64,000 bases of DNA. Source: Nanobdellota archaeon. GTDB taxonomy: Archaea > Nanobdellota > Nanobdellia > Woesearchaeales > GW2011-AR4. The notes below the pieces were generated by a model that saw only the letters and a list, made by a program, of their open reading frames with translations, made no database searches and was not told where the DNA came from. Positions 28,709-37,972 of the stretch are shown here, piece by piece. The DNA is taken from the NCBI GenBank assembly GCA_038046385.1, contig JBBSWH010000001.1, positions 1-64,000 of the forward strand, in the 5' to 3' direction. Made by a program: the position numbers and the translations under genes. The stretch's first letter is position 1; the number at the start of each line of letters is the position of its first letter.

Positions 28709-29683
28709 ATGGTAATTGCAACAATCGTTCAAGCAGTGAATATGGGATTAAGGCAGGAATTAGCCAGAGATAAGAATGTCGTCATGCTTGGTGAAGATAT
28801 CGGAGTCAACGGCGGAGTTTTCAGGGCAACAGATGGATTGCAGAAAGAATTTGGAAAAGACAGAGTTGTAGATTCTCCGCTTGCAGAGCTTGGAATTGTG
28901 GGGGCAGCAATTGGAATGGCAGCAAACGGATTAAAACCGGTTGCAGAAATACAATTTTCAGGATTTATGTATGGGCCTTTTGATCAGTTATTGTCGCATG
29001 CAGCAAGGATAAGGGGAAGAAGCAGAGGGCGCTTCACTTGTCCGATTGTCGTCAGAACACCTTACGGAGCCGGGATAAGGGCATTGGAACTGCATTGCGA
29101 ATCCGGAGAAGCGATATTTGCACATGTTCCCGGATTAAAAATGGTAATTCCTTCAAATCCTTATGATGCAAAAGGGTTGCTTGCTGCCGCAATAAGGGAT
29201 CCCGATCCAGTTATCTTTTACGAGCCGATGAGATTGTACCGTGCTATTAAACAGGATATTCCTGAAGGAGATTATGTTGTTCCGATTGGAAAAGCAAATG
29301 TGCTGCAGCAGGGAACTGATTTGACGCTGATTGCATGGGGCTCGATGGTAAAAACATGCCAGGATACAATCGAAAAATTAAATGGGAAGTACAGCGTTGA
29401 ACTGATTGACATGAGAACAATCAGCCCATACGATGCAGAAACTGTTATTAATTCAGTAAAAAAGACAGGAAGATGCGTCATCGTGCACGAAGCCGTAAGG
29501 ACATGCGGCTTTGCAGGAGAATTAACCGCATGCATAAATGAAAAAGCATTCCTGAACATGGAAGCGCCGGTCATAAGAGTCACGTCTCCCGATGTTTCTG
29601 TTCCGCTTGCAAAGCTTGAGAGCTACTTTTTGCCTGATGTCACAAGAGTTATGAAAGGAATTGAAAAGGTTATGAGTTTTTAA
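28709..29683 (+). CDS. pdhB: Pyruvate dehydrogenase E1 beta
   Basis: GEDIGVNGGVFRAT, DSPLAE, EIQFSGF, PSNPYDAKGLL. Confidence 0.94.
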   Translation: MVIATIVQAVNMGLRQELARDKNVVMLGEDIGVNGGVFRATDGLQKEFGKDRVVDSPLAELGIVGAAIGMAANGLKPVAEIQFSGFMYGPFDQLLSHAARIRGRSRGRFTCPIVVRTPYGAGIRALELHCESGEAIFAHVPGLKMVIPSNPYDAKGLLAAAIRDPDPVIFYEPMRLYRAIKQDIPEGDYVVPIGKANVLQQGTDLTLIAWGSMVKTCQDTIEKLNGKYSVELIDMRTISPYDAETVINSVKKTGRCVIVHEAVRTCGFAGELTACINEKAFLNMEAPVIRVTSPDVSVPLAKLESYFLPDVTRVMKGIEKVMSF

Positions 29684-29698
29684 GTTACATAATAAATA

Positions 29699-29756
29699 GG
29701 CGAGCTGGTTGTGGTGCCAGCGAACTGTAAAATTTGTCCGAAGGACGGAAAAATAA
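29699..29756 (+). repeat. Family A hairpin element
   Basis: ggcgag ctgg..ccag cgaa then tttgtccGAAggacggaaaaat, followed by an A-rich tail. Confidence 0.75.
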
Positions 29757-29859
29757 AATTTATAAAAAACAATAACGAAAACGCAATAACGAATAACATT
29801 AACTAAAAAATTAATTTAAAATAAACCCAATAAAAACAAATCAAAAAATAACTAATAAA

Positions 29860-31185
29860 ATGACCTACGAATTCAAGTTTCCGGATGTTGGAGAGGGAAT
29901 CCATGAAGGCGAGATAGTCAAATGGCTTGTCAAGGAAGGCGATAAAGTAAACGCTGACCAGCCGCTTGGAGAAGTTGAGACTGACAAGGCTGTTGTTGAA
30001 ATGCCGTCCCCTAAAAGCGGAAAAATTCTGAAATTGCACGTTGCTGCCGGCGGCGTGATTCACGTCGGAGATGTGATGGTTACAATTCTTGAAGACGGCG
30101 AGACAGAAACTGCAAAGCCTGCAGAAGCAAAATCATCAGCTCCTGCTCCAGTTTCGTCTGCAACCGCTTCCGGCAATGTTCCCTACACTGGTTCTGTTGT
30201 TGGTTTCTTGGAAGAAGCGAAGGATGTCAAGCCTATTGTTTCACAATCCACTGCACAAACAGTTTCACAATCATCTGCATCTTCTGATGCCGGAATATTG
30301 GCAACGCCTCCTGTAAGAAACCTTGCGAAGCAGCTTAATGTTGATTTATCAAAAGTAAAAGGCACCGGACAAGGCGGAAGAATAACAATGGAAGATGTGC
30401 AGAAGGCAAAAAGCTCGGCGCCTGCAACTCCGGCACCACCATCTTCAGAAATAAAAGATTCAGGATTCAAGGTCGTAAGAAAATATGATTTCTTCGGATA
30501 CATCGACAGGGTCAAAATGCACGGAATAAGGAAGATTGTTGCGCAGAAAATGGCAGATTCAATTTTCACAGCAGCTCAATTAACTAATATGAACGAAGCA
30601 GATGTGACTGATTTGGTTGCATTAAGGGAGAAAGAAAAAATAGAATATGAAAAAGAAGGAATCAAGCTTACATTTTTGCCTTACATAATAAAAGCAACAG
30701 CCTTGTCATTAAAAGACCATCCTAATCTGAATGCTTCTCTTGAAGGCGACGAGATAATCCAGAAGAAATATTACAACATTGGGATTGCAGTTGACACAGA
30801 AGACGGATTGTTTGTTCCGGTGCTGAAAGGAGCGTATGCCAAAGATGTCAAGACGCTTGCAAAGGATGCTGAAAAATTAATTTCTGATTCAAAGACGCGC
30901 AAAATAAACATGATGGACCTAAAAGGAGGGTCTTTTACAATAAGCAACCTTGGGTCTGTTGGAGTTGAATTCTTCACTCCAATTATCAATTATCCTGAAA
31001 GCGCGATACTTGGCGTTGGGAAGATAATTGAGAAGCCTGTTGCAAGAACAGGAAAAATAGAGATAAGAAGAATGCTGCCTCTTTCATTAACTTATGACCA
31101 TCGTATTGTTGACGGCGCTCAGGCTGCACGTTTTATGATGGATTTGATAACAAGGCTGCAGCTGTGCGATTTCTCGGCGAAATAA
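29860..31185 (+). CDS. pdhC: Dihydrolipoamide acyltransferase E2
   Basis: Lipoyl motif ETDKA, E3-binding ATPPVR..GTG.GGRI, catalytic DHRIVDG. Confidence 0.94.
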   Translation: MTYEFKFPDVGEGIHEGEIVKWLVKEGDKVNADQPLGEVETDKAVVEMPSPKSGKILKLHVAAGGVIHVGDVMVTILEDGETETAKPAEAKSSAPAPVSSATASGNVPYTGSVVGFLEEAKDVKPIVSQSTAQTVSQSSASSDAGILATPPVRNLAKQLNVDLSKVKGTGQGGRITMEDVQKAKSSAPATPAPPSSEIKDSGFKVVRKYDFFGYIDRVKMHGIRKIVAQKMADSIFTAAQLTNMNEADVTDLVALREKEKIEYEKEGIKLTFLPYIIKATALSLKDHPNLNASLEGDEIIQKKYYNIGIAVDTEDGLFVPVLKGAYAKDVKTLAKDAEKLISDSKTRKINMMDLKGGSFTISNLGSVGVEFFTPIINYPESAILGVGKIIEKPVARTGKIEIRRMLPLSLTYDHRIVDGAQAARFMMDLITRLQLCDFSAK

Positions 31186-31201
31186 AGCGAAATAAACTTT
31201 C

Positions 31202-31963
31202 TCAAGCTCCTCTTTCAACATAACAAGCGCCCCTGCTTTTCATAAAAGAGCCCGGAGGCAATAAAATGTTAGAATATCTTGCCTCTGCAAGGTCTTTTGC
31301 GCGCATTATCTCATACTGCGACAACGATTCTGTTTTGAAATCCTTACTGAAGACAAAACTGGATTTTAATTTGTCATAAACTTCTTTTTGCGTTACTTTT
31401 TTGTTCTGCAATATCGAAGAAACTTTTGCCTTTATTGATTCTTTTGGGATGTTAAGCACAGCAGACATAATCTTTGCGTCAATGTCATAAACAAGAGTGC
31501 CGTGCTGAAGATAAACTCCTTTTTCCATTGCTCTTGATGCGTTGCCCGATATTTTTCTTCCTTTGACAACAATATCGTTTTTATTTTCCAGCTCTGCATC
31601 TATCCCTAATTCAGTTAATGCATCAATAATCCAGTAGCAGACTGCCCTGTATGCCTGGTCTATGCTGTAGTTGAATACCCTTATCGGGGCGATGACACTG
31701 TATGTTAAGTCATTGACGTCGTGAAACACAGCCCTTCCGCCGGTCATTCTTCTTGTTATCTGGACATTATTTTTTTTGCAGGCTTCAAAACTTATATCTT
31801 TTGGATTCTGGTAAGCGCCTAAAGAAACAGATTTTGCTTTCCATTTGTAGAACCTTATTGTTGGATTCTCTCGTCCGATTGCGACGCTTTCGTAGATTGC
31901 ATGATCTATCCCCATGTTCATAGCAGCATCATACGCTTCCTGCTCGATAAGGCGCCATTTCAT
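31202..31963 (-). CDS. lplA: Lipoate-protein ligase family protein
   Basis: NMGID, RRMTGGRAVFHD, NDI...RKISG, QHGT. Confidence 0.85.
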   Translation of the reverse strand: MKWRLIEQEAYDAAMNMGIDHAIYESVAIGRENPTIRFYKWKAKSVSLGAYQNPKDISFEACKKNNVQITRRMTGGRAVFHDVNDLTYSVIAPIRVFNYSIDQAYRAVCYWIIDALTELGIDAELENKNDIVVKGRKISGNASRAMEKGVYLQHGTLVYDIDAKIMSAVLNIPKESIKAKVSSILQNKKVTQKEVYDKLKSSFVFSKDFKTESLSQYEIMRAKDLAEARYSNILLPPGSFMKSRGACYVERGA

Positions 31964-32016
31964 AAGTTTATATTAACATGTTAATATTTAAGAATTTCTA
32001 TTTGTATTGCGTTAAA

Positions 32017-32286
32017 TCAAAGAGCTTCTTCTAAGAACACCATTTGCGGCAGATTTGCATTTGCATTCTCTTCGATTGCCTTTGCATGGACTTTGTCTAT
32101 GAACTGCCTTGCCCTTTTTAAGTCATCTGAATATAAAAGAAACCAGACTTCATCTTTGTCATCGACATTTTGCCACAATCTTTGCAGCCTTAAACCGGCG
32201 TTAGCATGCACTTGTTCGTCTGCTTTTAGAACTTTTTTAACATTCTCTAACTTTGCTCCCTTTATCCTTGCGAGTATGTGTGACAT
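32017..32286 (-). CDS. Small hypothetical protein (possible dimeric alpha/beta barrel)
   Basis: 89-aa ORF with H..AG.....WQN.DD..EV pattern. Confidence 0.6.
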   Translation of the reverse strand: MSHILARIKGAKLENVKKVLKADEQVHANAGLRLQRLWQNVDDKDEVWFLLYSDDLKRARQFIDKVHAKAIEENANANLPQMVFLEEAL

Positions 32287-32400
32287 AGAAAAAAATCTAA
32301 GCGGGTTGTATATAAACGTATTGGATTAGAATAATTTTGCAATAAGTTAGCATCGGCTCAGGCTGTTCGTGTTTTTTAGATAACATGGCATCCCCGTAAG

Positions 32401-32493
32401 TGTCGTAAATCGCCAAAATTCATAATATATTGTTGCGATTTACGAGCATGCTCAAAAATTTACTATGTATTCGTATAATTGAAATTTTTGACA
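32401..32493 (+). repeat. Family D element (TGTC..GAGCATGCTC..GACA)
   Basis: tgtcgtaaatcgc..gcgatttac GAGCATGCTC aaaaatt..aatttttgaca. Confidence 0.78.
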
Positions 32494-32634
32494 GGACTTC
32501 CCCCTGCCATGTTTTAATGTATTAATAGAATGCCTTCGCAAATTGATGCTAACTAAATCAATAAAAAGAAATAAAAAATCGAAAAAAAAGAAAAAATAAT
32601 TCAAAAATCTACCTGTGATCTAAGAAAAATAAAC

Positions 32635-32784
32635 TTAGTATCTTGGCTTCTTTTTGCTGTAGCAGTCCCTGCAGTAAACTGGGCGCCCTTCCTTTGGTGC
32701 AAACGGTACTTCTGCGTCTGCGCCGCATTCTGAGCACTTTATCTTGTGCATGGTTCTGTTTTGGTCAAAACTTCCATATCTCAT
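32635..32784 (-). CDS. CxxC-x17-CxxC domain small protein (49 aa)
   Basis: Manually translated KCSECGADAEVPFAPKEGRPVYCRDCY; AGGAGG SD-like motif upstream. Confidence 0.85.
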   Translation of the reverse strand: MRYGSFDQNRTMHKIKCSECGADAEVPFAPKEGRPVYCRDCYSKKKPRY

Positions 32785-32888
32785 GTTCTTCTCCTCCTAT
32801 GTCTTAGTTACTCGAAGTTTACTAGAAATAGCAACTTCTATGTACTAATAGTAAGTATGAATAAATAGTATATAAAGGTATGGTTTAT

Positions 32889-33188
32889 TTAGAACATAGT
32901 GCCGTCTCTGAAATGGCCTGCAATTTTTTCAGCAGTTCTTGCATCGTTTGCCCAAACAGTTGCAGTAGTTTGGTCCACAGCCATTTCATAGTATCTTCCT
33001 GAATATATGCCTCCAAATCTTGAGCCCAGAGAAGGTGTACCTTTAGAAGGAACCATATTTTCCACAAACGTTTCCAGCAAACTCTGTGCAGATTGGCCTT
33101 TAGGAATTTCTATAATAACATTAACATGAAAGCCTATGCTTCCTACTTCGTCTGGGATAACATCTCCATGAGTTGTTGTAAGTGCCAT
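32889..33188 (-). CDS. Hypothetical protein
   Basis: 99-aa ORF with no recognised motif. Confidence 0.55.
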   Translation of the reverse strand: MALTTTHGDVIPDEVGSIGFHVNVIIEIPKGQSAQSLLETFVENMVPSKGTPSLGSRFGGIYSGRYYEMAVDQTTATVWANDARTAEKIAGHFRDGTMF

Positions 33189-33219
33189 AGTATGGTGGAA
33201 TTAATAATTATATTTAAGT

Positions 33220-34200
33220 TTATTGCTGCTTCTGCACGACTTCAACTGTTGCCCTTACACCTACAAGATAGTTCATGGAATCAACGACTGCAGCATACAT
33301 TCCGTCGCAGTAGCCGTGGTTGCATTTTGTGTCGTTTATAACAAGAAGACTTTTTGGCATCTTTGCATTTGAAAGCGTCTTTACTGTGTAATTTATCGGT
33401 ATTGATTTGTCATAAAGGTTGTGTATGAAGACAACTTTTCTTGGGGAAATTGAGCCTATATACCTGTCTGAATCAAGAGAATTCATGAAAAGATTGACTT
33501 TTGCATCTTCTCCCTCTTTGAAATTTATTCCTGCTGAACTTATCGCAAGGACGCTGTTGACATCAGGGTCTATTGCCGCGGCCATCACCGCTATCCTTCC
33601 GCCTAAACTTTCTCCTGCCATAATAATCTTGCCTGGGTCAACAAAAGGCGCGCTCTTTAACAGGTCAAATCCGCGCAGGGCATCATAGACCATAAGATAT
33701 TGAACAGGTTCCTGCCCATTTGAAAATGTTATAAAATCATCGTTTAATGAAGGAAACTCCCCATCTGTTTCCCCTACGCCTCTTTGGTCAATTGTAAGTA
33801 CAACAATCCCCAGGAATGCTATTTTCTTTGCAAGATCCAGTTCAGATTCTTTTGAAACTCCGGCTCCCGGCAATAAAACAACTCCTGGAAGAAGGCCTGA
33901 TGCTTCTTTTGGCTGGACAAGAAGCCCGTAAATATTCGTGCCTTTGCTTTTGTAAACCATCTTGCTTATCAAAAGCGCATCTGTCTCATTGTAATTCTGC
34001 CTGCTGAACAAAACATCCCCTCTTTCCTGAGTGTAGTGCAGAATTCCGCCGCTGTCTACAAACCATTCCGGCTCAGCAATAGGGGTTTGCTCAATTTTGC
34101 CGGATTTTGGCTTTACAACTACTGCATAATATGACAGCGCTGCAACTACAATGACTATTACAAGAATTGCAGAATACAAAACATTTTTTTGAACTTTCAT
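33220..34200 (-). CDS. Membrane-anchored alpha/beta hydrolase
   Basis: N-terminal TM, DQRGVGE, nucleophile elbow GESLGG. Confidence 0.82.
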   Translation of the reverse strand: MKVQKNVLYSAILVIVIVVAALSYYAVVVKPKSGKIEQTPIAEPEWFVDSGGILHYTQERGDVLFSRQNYNETDALLISKMVYKSKGTNIYGLLVQPKEASGLLPGVVLLPGAGVSKESELDLAKKIAFLGIVVLTIDQRGVGETDGEFPSLNDDFITFSNGQEPVQYLMVYDALRGFDLLKSAPFVDPGKIIMAGESLGGRIAVMAAAIDPDVNSVLAISSAGINFKEGEDAKVNLFMNSLDSDRYIGSISPRKVVFIHNLYDKSIPINYTVKTLSNAKMPKSLLVINDTKCNHGYCDGMYAAVVDSMNYLVGVRATVEVVQKQQ

Positions 34201-35417
34201 AAAATACCCACAATATTCTTCAGATTATCGTTGGTTTGTATTATTTTATAAATCTTTGCCAGTTCCATAATCTTTGCTTTCTCAATTTTTATGCCTTTTT
34301 TTGAAAGGAGCATGTTGAATTTCGTGCTTATCAGAAACTGGCAGAACTGCGTTACGTTTTTTGGATTTTGGGAATAGCGCGTTCTTTCAAAATCTATTAG
34401 GTGGGGAATGCCTTTGCTTACAATCACGTGCTTTACAGGATGATGCATCTCCTCCTTGTCAACTTTTATTTTATCCAGCTTATGCATCTGCATGAAAACA
34501 TTCTTCAGCATTTTTTTTATATTATTCTTTGAAGATTTTTCAACATAATCAATTATAAAATCGCCGCCTATATATTCATAAAAGAAAAATTCATTGCACG
34601 AATACAATAATTTTGGGCCTATATTTATTTTATTTAGTCTTTTTAGCCAGTTGATTTCATTTTCTATCCTTCCAAATGCATGGCTTTCAGGGTTTTTTGC
34701 CTTTATTACAATTTCTTTTTTCTTGTATTTTGCCCTGAACAACAAGCCCCTGTGGCCTTTTGCGAAATATCTTATGTTTTTAATTCCAATACTTTCAAAT
34801 TTTTTCAGCATTTCGCTTTTTTTTATTTTGTATACAAACAAATCCTCAAAGAATATGTGCATTTTTTCCAGCTCTTCAAATTCAAGGAGATTGTTTTTTA
34901 TGAACTCGTTGACTTTTTTCTTGTTTGTTAATGACGAGAAAACCATTAAGATTAACCCATCAGCGTTTAGATAATTATTGACGCCTTCAAGAAATTCTTC
35001 AATGACTTCATACCCTTTTTTTCCGCCTTCAAGCTCTTTGTTGCGTATTTTCAGTTCCTGCGGCAGGTAAGGCGGGTTGAAAATTATTGTGTCGAAAACC
35101 TTCGGTTTTCGAGCATGCTCAGAAATCGCTTTGCGATTTACTGACATGTCAAATGTTCCTTTTATATTTTTGAACAAATCAGAATGGACAAACTTTATTT
35201 TTTTATTAGTTATATTTTTTTTGCAGTAGTTTATCACGCCTTTCTGCACGTCTACTGCCAGGACAGAATCAACTCTGCTGCTTTGCGCTGCTGCAATCGC
35301 CTGTATGCCGGAGCCGGTTCCAACATCGAGAACTTTTCCTTTTGCAAGAAGCCTTACGTGTTTTTCCAGCATTGTGGAATCTTCCTGCGGGTCATATCCT
35401 GATTTGCATGCTGGCAT
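34197..35417 (-). CDS. HemK2/PrmC-like methyltransferase fused to a Ser/Thr-kinase-like domain, with a 19-aa in-frame insert
   Basis: DVGTGSG, NPPY, GGKKG in the N-terminal half; AKGHRG, IKAK, NE..WL, LIDFE in the C-terminal half. Confidence 0.85.
   Translation of the reverse strand: MPACKSGYDPQEDSTMLEKHVRLLAKGKVLDVGTGSGIQAIAAAQSSRVDSVLAVDVQKGVINYCKKNITNKKIKFVHSDLFKNIKGTFDMSVNRKAISEHARKPKVFDTIIFNPPYLPQELKIRNKELEGGKKGYEVIEEFLEGVNNYLNADGLILMVFSSLTNKKKVNEFIKNNLLEFEELEKMHIFFEDLFVYKIKKSEMLKKFESIGIKNIRYFAKGHRGLLFRAKYKKKEIVIKAKNPESHAFGRIENEINWLKRLNKINIGPKLLYSCNEFFFYEYIGGDFIIDYVEKSSKNNIKKMLKNVFMQMHKLDKIKVDKEEMHHPVKHVIVSKGIPHLIDFERTRYSQNPKNVTQFCQFLISTKFNMLLSKKGIKIEKAKIMELAKIYKIIQTNDNLKNIVGIL
35090..35146 (-). 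repeat. Family D element inserted in-frame in the methyltransferase gene
   Basis: 57-nt TGTC..GAGCATGCTC..GACA; its removal restores TFDTIIFNPPY. Confidence 0.85.
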
Positions 35418-35447
35418 TTTAGTTGTCTGAAAATTTATATTTTATTA

Positions 35448-35594
35448 TGGACTCGTCGGGATTTGAACCCGAAGTCTCCGCCTTGCGAAGGCGACGTCAT
35501 CTTCCGCAACTTGTCTGTTGGCTTGAGCAAAGCGAAACCCACGCTTTTGGTCAAGCTTTTCGCAAAAGGTTGTGCCGGATTAGACCACGAGCCC
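35448..35594 (-). tRNA. tRNA-Ala(CGC) with 73-nt D-loop intron (35501-35573)
   Basis: GGGCTCG/CGAGTCC acceptor stem with G3:U70; TCGCC-TTCGCAA-GGCGG; BHB helix TCCG/CGGA with bulges GCA and AGA. Confidence 0.9.
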
Positions 35595-35630
35595 ATATAC
35601 AGGCCAGAATCAAAGTTTATTTTTAATATT

Positions 35631-35722
35631 ATCGCAAATTGCAGTAATTAGTTTAAAAAACAAATGCAATTTGCGAGATAGACAATTACGTGTAAACATA
35701 ATTAATCAACGCAATTGTCTAT
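35631..35722 (+). repeat. Family B double-hairpin element
   Basis: cgcaaattgca..tgcaatttgcg ag atagacaatt..aattgtctat. Confidence 0.7.
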
Positions 35723-35749
35723 ATGGATTATTTTGATATAATCTTTTTT

Positions 35750-36325
35750 TTAATTTGTTTTTTTAGTTCTTTTGTATATTCCGACTAATGTGGCTTGTTC
35801 AATTATATGGCCTTCCATTGCAGTTTCAACTGTTTTTTTATCAGAATTTTTCGGAAGATCAAGCATTGCATCAAGAGCGTAAAGCTTGAAGAAGTAACGA
35901 TGTGTTGACGGCTCATACTGCGGGGGCGGGCACGGTCCTGTGTATGCGTTTTGCCCTGCGCCGTTTAATCCTGCAATTCCGATGGATTTTCCTTCTTCTA
36001 TGCCTTTTGCATCGCTTGGGATGTTAAAAAGCACCCAGTGGTCAAACATTCCGTCTGCTTTCAATGCTTTTGGAACATCGGGATCATCCATAATCAGGAC
36101 TAAAGAGATTGCTTCTTCCGGAACATCGGAAAAAACAAGCTGCGGATTTACCGGTTTAATTCCATCGCACGTATACTTTGACGGGATAAGTCCATTTTGC
36201 TGGAATTCTGTGCTTGTTATTTTCATTTTAACCACATTTTCTGTTTTTTGGACTTCTTGTTTAGCACAGCTAGCAATCAAAAGCAGCGCTAAAATCAATG
36301 ATAAAAATAATTTATTTAAGTTCAT
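35750..36325 (-). CDS. YbhB/YbcL (PEBP) family lipoprotein
   Basis: Lipobox LIASC, MDDPD, FDHWVLFNIP, YTGPCPP, HRYFFKLYALD. Confidence 0.9.
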   Translation of the reverse strand: MNLNKLFLSLILALLLIASCAKQEVQKTENVVKMKITSTEFQQNGLIPSKYTCDGIKPVNPQLVFSDVPEEAISLVLIMDDPDVPKALKADGMFDHWVLFNIPSDAKGIEEGKSIGIAGLNGAGQNAYTGPCPPPQYEPSTHRYFFKLYALDAMLDLPKNSDKKTVETAMEGHIIEQATLVGIYKRTKKTN

Positions 36326-36335
36326 GATGATTGGA

Positions 36336-37025
36336 TTACAATTCTTTCGCCAATCCTTCTGTTGCTTTCTTTATGTCTTTTGCTTCGTAGATTGCCCGGC
36401 CTATTATTGCATGCCACCTGTCGAGTTTTTTTGCAAGATCCATTATCTTTCCGCCTTGCGCAATAAGTCCCGGAGAATAAAACACTGGCTCTTTAATCGT
36501 TTTTTCAATCAGTTTTTTGTATTGCAAGACTTTGTCCGGCTTATTGCCCGGCACTACAAATTCTGAAACGCCCATTGATGCTGCAATCTCGTAAATTCTT
36601 GCAGGCGCATTATTTTCAAGGAAACCGCCTGTTTCATTCAGATAGCCACTGTGCGTCATCTCTCCGCCTATGATGACATGCATCTTTGCATCCTGCGCTG
36701 CCTTTATCCACGCTTTTTCTGTATCAGGACCGGCTTGCGGAAATAGAATGACTGCATCAAATCCTTTGCAGGCTTCCATGAACTTTGCACCCATGTCAGG
36801 AATGTCAGTGCCTGCTTTTTGATGGTCATATATTATTGGCAGTTTTGTATGTTTTCTTATTGTTTTAATCACTTCCTTTGCTCCAAAAGGAATAACTAGC
36901 TCAAAGCCTACTTTGTATGCGCTTACTCCCTTGACTGAGCATGTTTCTTTTACGAGCTTTGAAAGATCTTCCAGACTAGATACATCACAGCTCGGTATTA
37001 TTGACTTTTTTTGTTTTAGCAGCAT
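36336..37025 (-). CDS. pyrF: Orotidine-5'-phosphate decarboxylase
   Basis: KVG, DHQKAGTDIP, SPG...QGG, IIGRAIY. Confidence 0.85.
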   Translation of the reverse strand: MLLKQKKSIIPSCDVSSLEDLSKLVKETCSVKGVSAYKVGFELVIPFGAKEVIKTIRKHTKLPIIYDHQKAGTDIPDMGAKFMEACKGFDAVILFPQAGPDTEKAWIKAAQDAKMHVIIGGEMTHSGYLNETGGFLENNAPARIYEIAASMGVSEFVVPGNKPDKVLQYKKLIEKTIKEPVFYSPGLIAQGGKIMDLAKKLDRWHAIIGRAIYEAKDIKKATEGLAKEL

Positions 37026-37062
37026 TTTGTTTGGGTTATTTGTTGTTTAATTGATTTTATAC

Positions 37063-37971
37063 TTATTGGTTTTTATTTGTTTCGGCATATTTTTTGAAAT
37101 TGTTTAGAATAGCCTGCCATCCGCTTCTTTGCATTTCAAGCGAATTTTCGTTTTCAGCTTCAAAAGTTTCAACAATCTTGGTTTCTTTTCCAAAGCTTGT
37201 GAACTCTATTTTTACTTTTCTCCCACCTTCTATCATGTAAGTTATTAATCTGTGTTTTACAACTTTATCATAAACCCCGTTAAAATCAAATCCTGTGCTT
37301 TTGTCTTTTGCTTCCATTCTAAAAAGAAATTTTCCTCCTACTTTTAAATCATTCTTTGCAAATGGTGTGTGCCAGTCTTCTGAAGCGTTGTTCCATTTGG
37401 TTATATGTTTTGGCAACGTCCACAATTCCCAAACTTTTTCTACTGGAACATTGACTGTGGATTCAACAGTTATTTTTGTTTTTGTATTTTCCATTTTTAT
37501 CCTTTCATAATCAACAAAAGAGAATTTGTATTTGTCATTTTTTAATTCTTCCTTTTTTATTTCCTTCCATTCTTTTTTGCTGAATTCAGGAAAATGAGCG
37601 TCGCCTTCAAAATCATTGTCTATGATTGTCAGATATATCCTGTCTGCAACCGGAAGAAACTCTTTGTAAATCTGTGCGCCGCCGATGACCATTATTTCAT
37701 CTGCGCCTTTTGCAGCTTCCAATGATTCTTTTACAGAATGAACAACAATGCATCCTTCTTTTTTGTAATTTTTATCGTGCGTGATTATTATGTTTGTTCT
37801 TTGCGGAAGAGGCTTTCCGATGGATTCAAAGGTTTTCCTGCCCATGATAACTGGCTTGTTTTTTGTAAGCTCGCGGAAATGCTTCATGTCTTCCGGAACA
37901 TTCCATATCAGCCTGTTGTTATTTCCGATTACCCTGTTGCGCCCCATTGCAGCGATTAGTGATACTGTCAT
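37063..37971 (-). CDS. folA: Dihydrofolate reductase fused to an SRPBCC/AHSA1 domain
   Basis: IMGRKTFESIG.PLP.R, IGGAQIY, GDAHFP; then VWELWT.PKHITKWN.ASEDW..Q..GWQAIL.NFKKYAE. Confidence 0.88.
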   Translation of the reverse strand: MTVSLIAAMGRNRVIGNNNRLIWNVPEDMKHFRELTKNKPVIMGRKTFESIGKPLPQRTNIIITHDKNYKKEGCIVVHSVKESLEAAKGADEIMVIGGAQIYKEFLPVADRIYLTIIDNDFEGDAHFPEFSKKEWKEIKKEELKNDKYKFSFVDYERIKMENTKTKITVESTVNVPVEKVWELWTLPKHITKWNNASEDWHTPFAKNDLKVGGKFLFRMEAKDKSTGFDFNGVYDKVVKHRLITYMIEGGRKVKIEFTSFGKETKIVETFEAENENSLEMQRSGWQAILNNFKKYAETNKNQ

Positions 37972-37972
37972 T

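Noticed and set aside
35423-35651. ORFs overlapping tRNA-Ala (likewise 60161-60346 and the N-terminus of 43577-44344)
   Set aside because: They overlap well-formed tRNA genes.
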